In this document: positions 8,820-22,460 of the stretch, piece after piece | Numbering within the stretch: the first letter of the stretch is position 1 | Layout: each line of letters begins with the position of its first letter | Assembly: GCA_964016885.1 (NCBI GenBank) | Contig: OZ024742.1 | Span: 234,670,001-234,734,000 of the forward strand | Length of the DNA stretch: 64,000 nucleotides | Direction of reading: 5' to 3' | Source: Eledone cirrhosa | Lineage: Eukaryota | Made by a program: the position numbers and the translations under genes | Notes under the pieces: generated by a model | The model's database searches: none | What the model was told of the DNA's origin: nothing | Seen by the model: the letters and a program-made list of their open reading frames with translations, nothing else

Positions 8820-11800
8820 CATCATCATCATCATCATCATCATCACCGTTTTACGTCCGTTCTTCCACGCTAGCATGGGTTAGACGGGTTGTCCTGTTGT
8901 GTGCAGTGTCTGGTCGGCTGACCATGCCTTGCTCATACAGGAACTGATCTGGCTTGATTTCAACAGCTGGATGCCCTTCCTAACACCAACCTCATTTACA
9001 GTGAGTGCTGGGTGCTTTTTCGTGGCGCCTACACGTCCACTTTACAGTGTGGGCTGGGTGCTTTTTTGCCGTGGCACCTCCACGACCACCTTGCGGTGGG
9101 GGGTGTGGGGGCATATTGTTTATATGCTTCAGCATGTACCCATGGGAGGTCGGGTACTCTGTATTACTGCGTGACGCCAGAAGTCACGGTCGTGTGTCAT
9201 TGTCTTTGAGAGGTGTAATTGGGTAAGGTCGGCTTTTATCACCTCATCCCAGGTCATCTTGGGTCTCCCCACTCCGCGGTTTCCATCAACTTCTAGTGCT
9301 CTGCACCTTTTTATGCAGCTGTCATCCTTCATACGCATCACATGTCCATACCAGCGCAACCGCCTCTCCTGCACACAGCATTTGATTCCTCTTATGCTCA
9401 GTCTCTCTCTCAATTCATTTATGCTTTGTCGTTCACGTATATTACTGTTACACATCCATCGGAGCATGCAGGCTTCGTTTCTCTCTAATCTACGTAAGTC
9501 TTCCACCTTCAGCGCCCAGGTCTCACTACCATGCAACATCACTGTTTGGATACACGCATCATACAGTCTGCCTTTCATTCTGAGGGAGAAGCCTTTTGCA
9601 GCTAGCAGTGGTAGTAGTTCCCTAAACTTCTTCCATCCCGTTCTTACCCTAGTTATTGTACATTCTGAACACCCACCTCCGTTGCTAATTCGGTCACCTA
9701 GGTAGCAGAAGCTGTCTACTGTTTCTACAGGGCCCTCCCAGAGATTGGTGGTACTTGTTTCCTGTGGCTGTTTGCTGCATGTGAATCCTACATTCTTAAT
9801 TAAGCTTCCTGAGATCCCGCTACATCTCTTGTGTACCCATTGTTTGCATTTGGGGCAGAGAATGGAGTTCCTACCTACACCTTTCCTACATACTGAGCAA
9901 GGCCATTTCCCCGAGGGGATCTGGGTTCTGTTTTCTCGTCTACTTACAAGGACCTTAGTCTTGGTCATGTTGACTTTGAGACCCTTTCTCTCTAGTCCCT
10001 GCTTCCAGGTTTGGAATTTCTTCTCTAGTTCTACCATAGATTCAGCTATGAGTGCGAGGTCATCAGCATACAGGAGTTCCCATGGGCATCCGGTCTTAAA
10101 CTCCTCCGTTATTGCCTGCAGGACTATGATGAACAGGAAAGGGCTAAGAACAGAGCCCTGGTGAACCCCAACCTGTATGCTAAATTCCTCGCTATACTCA
10201 TTGCTAATCCTAACTTTGCTGACTGCTCCCCTATACATGGCTTGTACCGCTTTCACAAGCCATTCATCTACTCCTAGTTTTCTAAGAGCCCACCAGATTA
10301 CAGCACGTGGAACTCTGTCAAAGGCTTTCTCAAGGTCGACAAATGCCAAGTAGAGTGGCTTACTTTTAGCTAGGTACTTTTCCTGTTATTGCCTCACAAG
10401 GAAGAGGGCATCAGTGGTGCTTCTTCCTGGTACAAACCCAAATTGCATCTCGTCTATATTCACCCGGTCCCTAATCAGCTGTGCTATAACTCTTTCTGTT
10501 ACTTTCATGACCTGGTCCATCAACTTTATACCTCTATAGTTTCCTCTATCTAGTGCATCGCCTTTGCCTTTGTAGCAGTTGACAATGATGCTACTGCACC
10601 AATCTTTTGGTATGGCCCCTTCTAGTATTACCTGGTTAACGATACGTGTGGTTATAGTGTGACCTACAGACCCAGATGCCTTCAGCATCTCGGCAGCTAT
10701 ACCCGATGGACCGGTTGCCTTCCCCATCTTCATATCTTTGATTGCCTTACTTACTACGCTGCTGCTGACTTGTACTGCTGGTCCCTCTATAGGGTCTACT
10801 TGGGGTAGGGTCTCTTCTTCCCATGTATTCTCCTCATTTAGTAATCTATCATAATGACTCTTCCATGCATCTTTCTTCTCAGCACTTGTGAGGGCAAGCT
10901 CACCTTTATCATTCCGGATACACTTCTCTCCAATGACATCACAACTATCTCTGACACACTGCCTCGCAATCTTGAATACCTCCTGTTTCTGGTCCTCACG
11001 TTGTAAAACATGCTTGAATTTTCTATCCTCTGCTTCCCTCCTAGCTAAGTATACTTGTCGCCTAGCTTCCCTCTTGGTCTCTCTGTAATGTACCCTGCTC
11101 CCCCCGTTCTTCCATTCTTTCCATGCCTGTCTCTTGGCCTTAACTGCTTCATCTACCTTATTGTTCCACCACCAAGTCACTCTCCTCCTGCTTGAGGTCT
11201 TACTCCAGCCACAGACCTCATCCGTCGCCTCTAGTAAATTATTTTTTAGGAACTCCCAGTTCTCTTCTACGTTAAATGTCTATATCTGTTCCTCTTTACT
11301 GTTGTAGGCGTTGAGTAAAATATCTTTAAATCTGTTACTGGTTGAGGGGACTTTCAGCTTCCAGATCTTTCTTCTCCAGGTTGGCCTCTGTTTCCGGGTT
11401 CGTCTAGTTCTGACCGTGAGGTCGCTGACAACTAAGTTATGCTGGGATGTACATTCCTCACTAGGGAAGGCTTTTGTGTTTACGACCGTCCATCTGTCAC
11501 GTCCTCTGATGAGGATAAAATCTAACTGACTAGAGTGCTCTCCTGATCTATAGGTGATCAGGTGGTTGTCGGGTCTTTTAAAGTTTGTGTTACATATCGA
11601 CATGTCATTGGCGTCGCAGAATTCTAGGAGTCTGAATCCTTCCTCATTCCTTGTGCCAACTCCATGGCCTCCATGTACTCTATTGAAGCCATCGCAGTGT
11701 TTACCTACGTGTCCGTTAAAATCTCCTGCGATGATTAGGAAGTCCTTGTCGTCTGTTAGAGCAGTAGTGTGTATTAGGGACTCGTAAAACTTATCCTTAA

Positions 11801-12390
11801 GTTCGTCTGGCAGCCCCGATTGGGGTGCGTAAGCTGATATTATTGTGGTAATTGTCTTATTCAGGACTAGTCTGAGTTTAATGATTCTTGCATTTACCCT
11901 GTACACTGAGATTACTTTATCTACCCACTTGTCAGCTAATAGTATACCTACACCACCCATCCCATCGTCATTTCCCACCCAGAAAAATTTGTAGCACCGG
12001 CTTTTTCCTACAAGGACTCTAGCAGACTCTCCTCTCCATCTAGTCTCTTGCACACAGCATACATCAACTTCCTTTCGCTCTAGCATGTCTACGATTTCTC
12101 CTGCTCTTCCTTTCATTGAGCCTACATTGATGGTACCAACTCGGAGTTTTGTGCATTTGTCGACACTCGTAGGGGAGGGTCTCTGGGTTGGCGCTTCACG
12201 TGGGTGCTTGGTAGCTCGCAGATTCATATTTCATCTATTGATTCAGAGTTGCTCAAATGTATTCTCAGCTCATCCATCCATAACGGTGGGAAAATTGAGG
12301 GCTAGAAGAACAGTGGTGGTGGGGTAATGGCAGGGTGTGTTGGGCTGCGCCAGAGGAGGAGAGAGTTAGTTAGGTAGGTAGTAGCAGCAG
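8820..12390 (-). mobile_element. RTE-clade LINE (copy 2, related subfamily); ORF broken by two in-frame stops
   Basis: (CAT)n tail at 8820-8846. ORF pieces 12227-11280 (APE), 11180-10386 and 10349-9129 (RT) are all in one frame, separated by TAG at 11280 and TAA at 10386. The 5' boundary is approximate. Confidence 0.9.
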
Positions 12391-12547
12391 CAGCTAATTT
12401 TGATAAATTTAAAACTTTTTATAGCTAAAAAAATTTTAATTTGTTGTTTTTGATCAAAATAAGTTCTTTGCTGCCATTTCTAGGCCATTTTAAACTTTCG
12501 TAGACTTTTAGACTTTTTAACAAAAAATTGCCCTAAAAACCACTTAA

Positions 12548-12767
12548 CCTTTTAATGTTCAAACCGGCCAAAACCGACCAGAATTCTCTACCTTTTTCTG
12601 TTGAAACTGGCTGTAACTGGTCATTTAAACTGATGTTAAGGTATTGTTCTCAAAATAAATACTTTCAAAATCTCATAGATTCGATATTATGTGAGATAAT
12701 TATGTGAGGTAAAGCCTTTACCATGAAAATATAATAGTATGTATAGAGTAATGTGAATGCTAAAGGG
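12548..12767. mobile_element. piggyBac-type MITE flanked by TTAA
   Basis: TTAA|CCTTTTAATGTTCAAACC...GTGAATGCTAAAGGG|TTAA; a second copy lies at 42040-42330. Confidence 0.8.
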
Positions 12768-13031
12768 TTAACCATGAAGTAAAAACAGAATCTATATGCT
12801 AATGAAGCAGAGTTATGTGCTTTGGATTTAGTAATAAAGTTTAAAAACAAGACCAAATTCTTAATGGTACACCTATCTAAACTTCATAGTATTATTTTAA
12901 GGGTTATATTTTTATCTAATTGAGTGCATCTGGATTTCAGTATCTCTGTGCATCTGCTATATTATTTCATCTGTGAAGCTACATATAACCCAACTATTTC
13001 TTGCTGAGTTTCTTTGTTTTACTTCTATCAG

Positions 13032-13076
13032 GGATACCGATGAGATGTAGTATTGCCTTATCCACTCTTCTGCCAG
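13032..13076 (+). CDS. Candidate 45-nt coding exon upstream of the giant exon
   Basis: Pyrimidine tract ending ...TATCAG, donor CAG|GTAAT; phase 1/1, open (xIPMRCSIALSTLLPG) and in phase with the exon at 13350. Confidence 0.45.
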
Positions 13077-13349
13077 GTAATGGAAGAGAGTTGTTTTTAC
13101 AAAGAATGTGGTGTAGCACTATGTCAATAGTAGGCTGAATAAGTTTGGTTTATTACTATAGTAAACTATGAATTAACACTACTTTTTCATTCATCTCCAT
13201 TTCTTGATCGAATGAGCATATTACTATTAATGTCCATCCACATTATCAAACCTCATGATTTATATTATTGATCTTGAGGACATTCAATATTTTACAATTT
13301 CTGTCACTAAACATCCTTCCTCATGTACAATTTGTGTGTTTCTTTGCAG

Positions 13350-16300
13350 GGCAAGAAGAAGATATAGAAGAGGAAGACGTCAGAAAGGAGAGTATGCCAC
13401 GAGAAACCTTGAGAAAAGATGTTCATCAGAAGGAGCAAAGCAGGAAAAGGGAACACCACGATGATGACAGGCGACAAGAAAATGAAGCAAAACGAAAGAA
13501 AGAAAATCAAGACAAACAGGTGGAACAGCAGAAGGCTCAACGAAAACAAGAACTTGAACAGGAACGTAAACAACAAGAAGTAGAACGCAAAAAAGAGCTT
13601 GAACGCAAGAAAGAGATTGAAAAACAAAAGGAGATTGATAAACAGAAGGAACTTGAAAAACAGAAGGAGCTTGAACGTAAGAAGGAACTTGAAAAGCAGA
13701 AAGAGTTAGAGAAACAAAAAGAATTGGAAAAACAGAAGGAGATAGAGAGACAGAAAGAATTAGAAAAGCAGAAAGAAATTGAACGTCAGAAGGAGATAGA
13801 AAGGCAGAGAGATATTGAAAAACAGAAGGAGATAGAAAGGCAGAAAGATATTGAACATCAGAAGAAGATAGAGAGACAGAAAGAAATTGAAAAACAGAAG
13901 GAGATAGAGAAACAGAAAGAAATTGAAAAACAGAAGGAGATAGAGAAACAGAAAGAAGTAGAGCGTCAGGAGTTGGAGAGGCAGAAAGAATTAGAGCGTC
14001 AGGTGTTGGAGAAGCAGAAAGAATTGGAGAAGCAGAAAGAATTAGAACGTAAAGAGTTGGAGAAGCAGAAAGAATTAGAACGTAAAGAGTTGGAGAAGCA
14101 GAAAGAAGTAGAGCGTAAAGAGTTGGAGAAGCAGAAAGAATTAGAACGTAAAGAGTTGGAGAAGCAGAAAGAAGTAGAGCGTAAAGAGTTGGAGAAGCAG
14201 AAAGAAGTAGAGCGTAAAGAGTTGGAGAAGCAGAAAGAATTGGAGAAGCAGAAAGAATTAGAACGCAAGGAGTTGGAGAAGCAGAAGGAATTAGAACGCA
14301 AGGAGTTGGAGAAGCAGAAGGAATTAGAACGCAAGGAGTTGGAGAAGCAGAAAGAATTAGAACGCAAGGAGTTGGAGAGACAAAAGAAATTAGAACGACA
14401 AGAGTTGGAAAGACAGAAAGAATTAGAACAACAGGAGTTGGAAAGACAGAAAGAATTAGAACAACAGAAAGAAATTGAGCGCCAGGAATTGGAGAGACAG
14501 AAGGAGATTGAGCGCCAGGAATTGGAGAGACAGGAGACTGAGCGCCAGGAATTGGAGAGACAGGAGACTGAGCGCCAGGAATTGGAGAGACAGAAGGAGA
14601 TTGAGCACCAGCAAGCAGAGCTGGAGCGTCAACGTGATCTAGAGCGGCAACAAGAGTTGGAACACCAACAAGAACTAGAACGTCAACAGGCAGAGCTAGA
14701 CCGTCAACAAGAGTTGGAACGGCAACAGGAACTAGAATGTCAACAGGCAGAACTGGAGCGCCAGAAAGAGTTAGAACGGCAAGCTGAGCTGGAACGTCAA
14801 CAAGAACTTGAACGACAGGCTGAGCTGGAACGTCAACAAGAACTACAACGACAGCAGGCAGAACTGGCACGTCAACAAGAATTAGAGCGACAGGCCGAAC
14901 TGGAACGCCAAAAAGAACTAGAACGACAGGCAGAGCTAGAGCGTCAACAAGAACTAGAACGTCAAGCTGAACTGGAACGCCAGCAGGAACTAGAACGACA
15001 AGCTGAAATAGAACGTCAACAAGAACTAGAACGACAGGCTGAACTGGAACGCCAGCAGGAACTAGAACGTCAACAAGAACTAGAACGACAGGCTGAGCTG
15101 AAACGTCAACAAGAACTAGAACGACAGGCTGAGATAGAACGTCAACAAGAACTAGAACGACAGGCTGAGCTGAAACGTCAACAAGAACTAGAACGACAGG
15201 CTGAGATAGAACGTCAACAAGAACTAGAACGACAGGCTGAGCTGAAACGTCAACAAGAACTAGAACGACAGGCTGAGCTGAAACGTCAACAAGAACTAGA
15301 ACGACAGGCAGAGCTGAAACGTCAACAAGAACTAGAACGACAAGCTGAGATAGAACGTCAACAAGAACTAGAACGACAAGCTGAGATAGAACGACAGGCA
15401 GAACTGAAACGTCAACAAGAACTAGAACGACAAGCTGAGATAGAACGACAGGCAGAACTGAAACGTCAACAAGAACTAGTTCGACAGGCTGAACTGGAAC
15501 GCCAGCAAGAACTAGAACGGCAAGCTGAACTGGAACGTCAACAAGAACTAGAACGGCAACAGGCAGAACTGGAACGTCAACAAGAACTAGAACGGCAACA
15601 GGCAGAACTGGAACGTCAACAAGAACTAGAACGGCAACAGGCAGAACTGGAACGTCAACAAGAGTTAGAACGGCAACAGGCAGAACTGGAACGTCAACAA
15701 GAGTTAGAACGGCAACAGGCAGAGTTGGAACGTGAGCAAGAACTGATGCGCCAAATGAACCAGCAGAAACTTCTTCAGCTCCAGTTGAAGCAGGAGCAGG
15801 AAGAAATGGAGCGACAAATGCTGGAACAACAGCAGCAACAAATGGTCATTGAAGCTGCTGCTGCAGCAGAGATTGAGGAGGAAGAGGAAGAAGAAGATGA
15901 GGAAGAGGAAGGAGAAGAGGAAGAAGACGAAGAGCAAGCTGTTCCTTCTACACCACCCCTTCGGCTACGGCTTAGTATGGGAGGAGACGCTGCCAAATCT
16001 GGAGATGAGGAGGAAGAAGAAGAGGAGGAGGAGGAGGAGGATGACGATGACGATGAAGGTGGCGATGACGAAGAGGAGGAGGAGGAGGAGGAAGAAGAAG
16101 AAGATGATGAAGAAGGGGAAGAGGATGAAGAGGAGGAAATAGAAACTGTAGAGGTGGAAGATGATGATGAAGATAGCCAAGATGTCACAGTGGAAGTTGA
16201 AGATGATGAGGAAGAAGAGGAAGAGGAGGAGGAAGAAGGCGAAGAAGGAGAAGGAGAAGCAGAAGCAGAAGAGGAGGAAGTGGTGGAAGTAGAGGAGGAA

Positions 16301-16462
16301 GTTGAAGTAGAAGACGAGGAGGAGGAGGAAGAAGAAGAGGAGGAGGAAGAAGAAGAAGAAGAAGAGGAGGAAGAAGAAGAAGAAGAGGAAGAAGATGAGG
16401 AGGAAGAGGAGGAGGATGAAGAAGAAGAAATGGAATGTGAAGATGCTGATGAAAGTGATTAG
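13350..16462 (+). CDS. Terminal coding exon of an unidentified gene: long E/K/R/Q repeat (coiled-coil or single alpha-helix) followed by an Asp/Glu-rich tail
   Basis: Acceptor TTTCTTTGCAG|G at 13349/13350; >1000 uninterrupted codons with synonymous variation between repeats; stop TAG at 16460-16462. The ORF-track start at 13268 is probably intronic. Confidence 0.8.
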
Positions 16463-17878
16463 TTTGAAGTATTGTTTGTGGATATGTAAGTGTGTATGTA
16501 TATATATATATAATGATAACTGTGAAGGCCAGAATTAGATATTCATAACTCATTTTCATAATCTGCTATAATGAATATTTCTGTTGCATTAATAATTATG
16601 TAATGCTGCTATCATGTAACCACCAACATGGCTTCCTCAGACAGCATCTTGAGTAAGATTTATTATGTAACATTTCTAATGCAAATGCAGGCTATCTATA
16701 AGTAGATGACAAATTCGATGTTAGTTCTATGAGATTCTGTCCTCTTAAGATGTTGTCTGAGGAAGTCATGTTTGTGGTTGTGTGGTGATAGTTACATAAT
16801 TATTAACGCCCCCCCCCCCTCCCCCAAAGGTATTACGGCAGATTATGAATATCTATCTACACCTGTCCTTTGCAATTACCATTATTGTACATTTACTCTG
16901 TATTTGGAAGGATATGCATGTTGTTGAGTGCTTGAATCTGATTGCGTCATCATTTACTGATTTGAGTGTTGAATATGCAACCCTGGTTAGTCAACATCTT
17001 ATAACACAAGTATATATACATATACGCACACATGTATGTGTGCGTATATGTATCTTTGTGTTTGTAAATATGTTTGTGTGCAGGCGTGTGTGTTTGTATA
17101 TAAATATCTTTGTGTGTGTGCAGCAATTTTCTGTTAGATTTTATTGATTTTTTTTTTTCCAAGAATCTCCTATAGTTTCTTTCATCTTCATATCATTTGT
17201 AATTAAATCATGAAGATTATTTTTTTCATCACTTAATTGAGTTTTATTTCATTGAGTCACTTTAAATGTAGAAAAGTAACACCACCACAACCAAAGAAAA
17301 CTGATGCAATAATGCAATATCTTAAACTCTTAGCATCCTGTACAGCATGAAACCATAAGCAAGCCATAGTTTTGAAGTACAGAACATCACTATGACTACA
17401 TCACATGAAAAATTCAAGTCCTTGCTTTAATATTGCAAGTTTTCACAAAAATCTGTCCAATAGTGAAAACGAAGATACCATAAACATTTGAATTAACAAA
17501 CCCGTTTTTAGATATTTTCTACTAAATCATTACTGGCTGTTAAAGAATTAAGAAAAGGACAGAAAATTTCTAAGTAACAAGCTCCAAACACATGGTGTGC
17601 CATTAAGGTGAAAGAGAGCTAGGAAAGACCACTTTCTTTCTCTTATAAATAAGTGAATCACTTATTAAACAGTTGTTTTGTTGGTACTTCTCTTCAAGAT
17701 GTTCAATTCTGCTTGCCTTTTCTGCATTCAACTGTTGAAATAATTACCAGTTCTTGTAAGAATGTCATCTGCAGTAGTCTATCTCTCTGTTCAATGAATC
17801 TTTACTCATTTACTAATTTAACTGCCCAAACCATCTGAGCTGTGGCTGGTTTCTTTTCAAAGACATCATTTTCCATAT

Positions 17879-17915
<37 letters not shown>

Positions 17916-17937
17916 CACTCAGATACATAATTTTATG

Positions 17938-17979
<42 letters not shown>

Positions 17980-20345
17980 GATGTTACTTATTGTGATTAC
18001 TTTGAGATGGGGCATTTTTAATAACAATAACTGGTTGATAACACCATCCATGTTTATAATAAGTGGTTTCCACTGTATGTATATATATAATATACACTCA
18101 GCCATACATGTTTAAATTCATCTATCTTTACACTTATTGTTAGAGGCAAGATCATCTCTAATCATAACTATTTCTTCCTGTCTTTTGTAATAACTTCATT
18201 AAAGAAACACAATGCCATGTTGGTTTTTGTACTATTTGATCTCAGTTAATTGTTCTTGTATTTATTTTCTTTTAATCTGTTTTCATTTAATTTATCCAAC
18301 AGCCAAACATTGGAACCAACGACTGTGTCTGCTGTGTGAAGATTGAATTCCGCACTTTATCTTTACTGGTTCCAACATATTGTGTATGCGTGTATATATA
18401 TATATATAATTTACTTATTGTTGTTCCAGTTCTTTTTCAGGCAATTTTCTGTTTTAACAACAGTTTAACAGCTGATGTCATCAGTCAGGCAGTTTCAACA
18501 TCCACATTTAGAAAGTGATTTTTTAAAAATGTTCTGAATGGACAGACTTCTGCATTTTCCAATACCTGGAGGGATAATACCATGCTGAAAAGGCCACATA
18601 AGAACACTACACTTGGTATAAATAATATCAGATATTGTTTTGCATAGCAAAACCATGGCTGATAAGGCTATGATACTACACTTGGTTGACTAAAACATAT
18701 ATCTAAAAAAAAATTATATACAAACTGGATTTTTGTTTTTAGGCTTCAATTCCTATTTAGTTTAAATGTGGATGTGAGTATATAAATAACTAATTAAAGC
18801 CATAGTTTTTTTTCACACATCTGAATGGATAGTAGTTATCTTCTGTAGTAGGAATGAGGTAAATGTAGGAATAGAAATGGATGTATTTCTATATCCTATT
18901 TCAAGCCCCCTAAACATTACTCGTATCCATTGAAATATCAGTGTCAAACCATTATATGGATTCAACAACATAGATACCTAGTCACACATGCACACACACA
19001 CACACACACTTTCTCTCTCTCTAGATATATATATAGAGAGATATGTATAAAACTTGTATACTTCTCCCCACAGGTGTTTATAAAATAAACACTAATGCTT
19101 GCACATATATGTATATGCATATTTATTTAAAGTTGAGACGTTCAACATAGCTTATTAATTGAAGTTTCTCATGGGGAATAGTCCTTAGTATTGAATACTC
19201 TTTTTGTATGTAATATTTTAAAAGGTAATCTATATAAAAGTTTTTTTCTTAGCTGGTTCAGGTGTGGATATTTAATTAATGGCCTAGATATGATTTTAAG
19301 TTAGATTCTGCATTTTGTATCTAAATTGCATAATCTTCATTGTAAATCTATTATTATTTGGCAGGATGTTCTTTTTAGTGCTAAGTTGTGAGTTCAATAA
19401 CTAATTCAAGAGACCAGCTTTGTCACATATTGTGCCACACTGAATTTCCCTGAGCACTATGTTATGGGTGCACGTGTCTGTGCTATATATCCATTCATTT
19501 CAGGAGCAGACAGTTCTATTGATTGAATGAACTGAAGTGGTTGTTGTAAATGATGGAAGTCTAACAACATAACTAATAGACTACAGTTTACTAAAAAAAA
19601 CAATATTATACCTCTTCTTTTTCATGTATATAAAAAGGGGATGGCTGTCAAAACTTGTTCAGACTTTGAATATGCCTTGAAACAGGCAACACTGTTTTTC
19701 TAATAAATTTGACTTTATATTGGGGGTCTTTTCATCAATAAATGTTTGTCATCATTTAATAACCCTAACTCATTTTTTTTTCTGTGTTACATCCTGTAAA
19801 GAGATGGGCTCCATCAGGTTTAAAATGCCCATGATATGTTGTCAGGACTGTCCCAATGACACCACCAGGAGTTAAGGGCCTGAAGGATTGTGTGTGTGTA
19901 ATATAGCTTTATCCATAACTATCACAGCCAACAAGCTATTAAGTACAGTTGGTAGTTTCTACACATCCAGATCAGAATTATCTTTATCATTTTTGTATTT
20001 GTGGTCTTGTAACTCTATTTTGTCACTGGGAATCTGATACTTTAGGTATTAAAAAAAAATATTGTAATAGTTTTGAGTTGTATTTTTTTCTTGAAGCCTA
20101 AAAATGTAAAGAAACTGGAAATTTTATTTTTGAAACTTTATGATAAACCATAACTGATGTATAATATTTTGTAATAAATCAAAGGTTGAGAAGAGATAAA
20201 CCCATTTTATGGTGTTGAATTTGTTTCTTGTTCTATTTTCCTTTTAAAGTAATGTTTATTGTATGTACATTAATTGAAAACCTTTTTACAATATGTCCTC
20301 AAAGGTCATGCCCACTATGATATTACAAAGAGCACTATCACTAAT

Positions 20346-20730
20346 TAATTGTTTCTACTTTTGGCATAAAGCCAGCAATTACCCAGTGCATTACTGGTAC
20401 TTTATTTTATCGACCCTGTAAGGATGAAAGGCAAAGTTAACCTCAGTGGGATTTGAACTCGGATCATAAAGGGGCGTAACTCGATGCTACAAAGCATGGC
20501 GTCCGTCTCTACCAATACTGCCAATCCACTGCACTATCACTAATTAATTGTTTCTACTATTGGCACAAGGCCAGCAATTAACCAGTACATTACTGGTACT
20601 TTATTTTATCGACCCCGTAAGGATGAAAGGCAAAGTTAACCTTGGCGGGATTTGAACTCAGAATGGCAAGGGCTGTAACTCTATGTGTCAAAGCATGGCG
20701 TCCGACCCTCTACCGATACTGCCAATTCAC
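20346..20730 (-). mobile_element. Two tandem copies of a ~190-bp tRNA-derived SINE
   Basis: A box (TGGCAGTAT(C/T)GG), B box (GTTCAAATCC), central GCCTTTCATCCTTACGGGGTCGATAAA; the first copy is flanked by the duplication GCACTATCACTAATTAA. Confidence 0.85.
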
Positions 20731-22390
20731 TTAATACCAGCCAGTCAAGCTTGCATTAAACATATATAGCTTTCAGCAAGAATAGTCTTACAGAAACTAT
20801 ATAAGACTTTAAAGTTTCTCATATGTAAACATCATAGCTTTAACGTCAATTTTCCATGCTTGCATGCATTAGACATGCTGTCACATTGAGGCTACGCAGG
20901 TTAGGTGACCATGTCTTGCTCATACAATCTATTTTTGGCTTGATTTTCTACAGCTGGATACCAACCACCTTAACAGGGTGGAGTAGGTGCAGATGCTAAA
21001 AATCCACACCTGTCTATCCATATCACCAAAGTCATGGTAATGAATTATCAGATAGAAACTAATTACATTCTTAGAGGAAAATAGTTTAAGTGATACTTAA
21101 AATGGTTCTTGTAGAAGCTGTCTTACACAGTTGATATATATTTTCTAAGTAACTAAAGTCAAATTACTGTCAAAAATGTTTAGTGAAATGCCTTGGAAGA
21201 ATCTAACAGCCATTACTATTTCTAATAGAGCTCACAGCCCTATCTGTCTGTAATTATCCCGCCGAGGTTGACTTTGCCTTTCATCCTTCTGGGGTCGATA
21301 AAATAAAGTACCAGTAATGCACTGGGTAATTACTGGCCTTGTGCCTAAAGTAGAAACAATTATTAGAACTATCATTCACTTACAGGGTGGAGTAGGTGCA
21401 GATGCTAAAAATTCAGACCTGTCTTTCTGTCTTATCCATATCACTAAAGTCATGTATTGAACTATCAGATAGAAACTAATTACATTGATTTAAGCATAAT
21501 GCCAGTAAATTTGGAGGGAAGGGCAAAGTTGTTTAAATCAAACTCAGTACTTGACTGGTACTTTATCAACCCCAGAAGGATGAATGGCAAAATTGACCCT
21601 GTCAGGACTTGAACTCAATGTAAAGAGCCATCTTAAGTACTTGTGAGGACAAAGTTTTCAATAAGTAAAAAAAAATGTAAAGTGCCCTTAATTCTTGATG
21701 GAGTTGTAGGGGCATTTTAAACCTGGCAGAGCCCATCCCTCTCCAGGTAGGAACACAGCCAAATTCTTTCAGAGAAAGAGAGAAGAAGAACAAACCCCAA
21801 TATTTGACTGGTACTTTATCAATCTCAAAAAGATAAAAGGCAAAGTTGACCTCAGTGGGATCTGAGGTCATATTCCAAGGTATTTTAATGACTGCCAATT
21901 TGCTGCCCTTTTCTAGCAGTAATACAACTAATAATGCAAAAACACAGTTAATTTAATCAACTGCATTACTTGACTGGTAATTATTTTATTAACCCATTAA
22001 AGATGATGTTTGAACTCACAAGATGGTGGTGTATAGATAAACACTGCAAAGAATTTTGTCTTATTTTGACACCCACTGCCATTTTGATCAGTACAAATAA
22101 AAGCTTACCTAAAATAATGGAGTCATAAATTTCTACTTCAGCTCATATAAACTGGAAAATTGTTTTTTTAATTCAAGAAGTATAATTAGTTAAGTCACAT
22201 GTTTATTATCTTTAATTATATCTATGTTCTTGGCAGATTGCAAAATCCAACCCTTTTCTGTCATATTTTAGCTGAGTTCTTTTATGCGTTTGGTCGGGTT
22301 TCATTAGATCTTGTTTTATGCGTTTGGTCAGGTTTCATTAGCTCTTGAACTGCTTTCTGCCATATCCTTATATTATCTTACATCACATAT

Positions 22391-22460
22391 TTAGTTGGTT
22401 TCTAGCCCATCTTCAGTCTTGCTTTCTTTTGCTAAGATTTCCCAGTTTTCTAGGTTCTGC
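22391..22460 (-). CDS. PDE10A: PDE10-like last coding exon ([22 protein letters not shown])
   Basis: TTTGCAG acceptor; conserved N-x3-W; TAA at 22391-22393. Confidence 0.8.

Noticed and set aside
13380-14870. 496-aa minus-strand ORF and other antisense ORFs over the repeat exon and LINEs
   Set aside because: Shadow frames of repetitive or coding sequence on the other strand.
17650-18570. Coding-like minus-strand segments
   Set aside because: Contain stops in the frames I read and match no family I recognise.
20346-20730. tRNA genes
   Set aside because: The A and B boxes belong to SINE heads; no complete cloverleaf.
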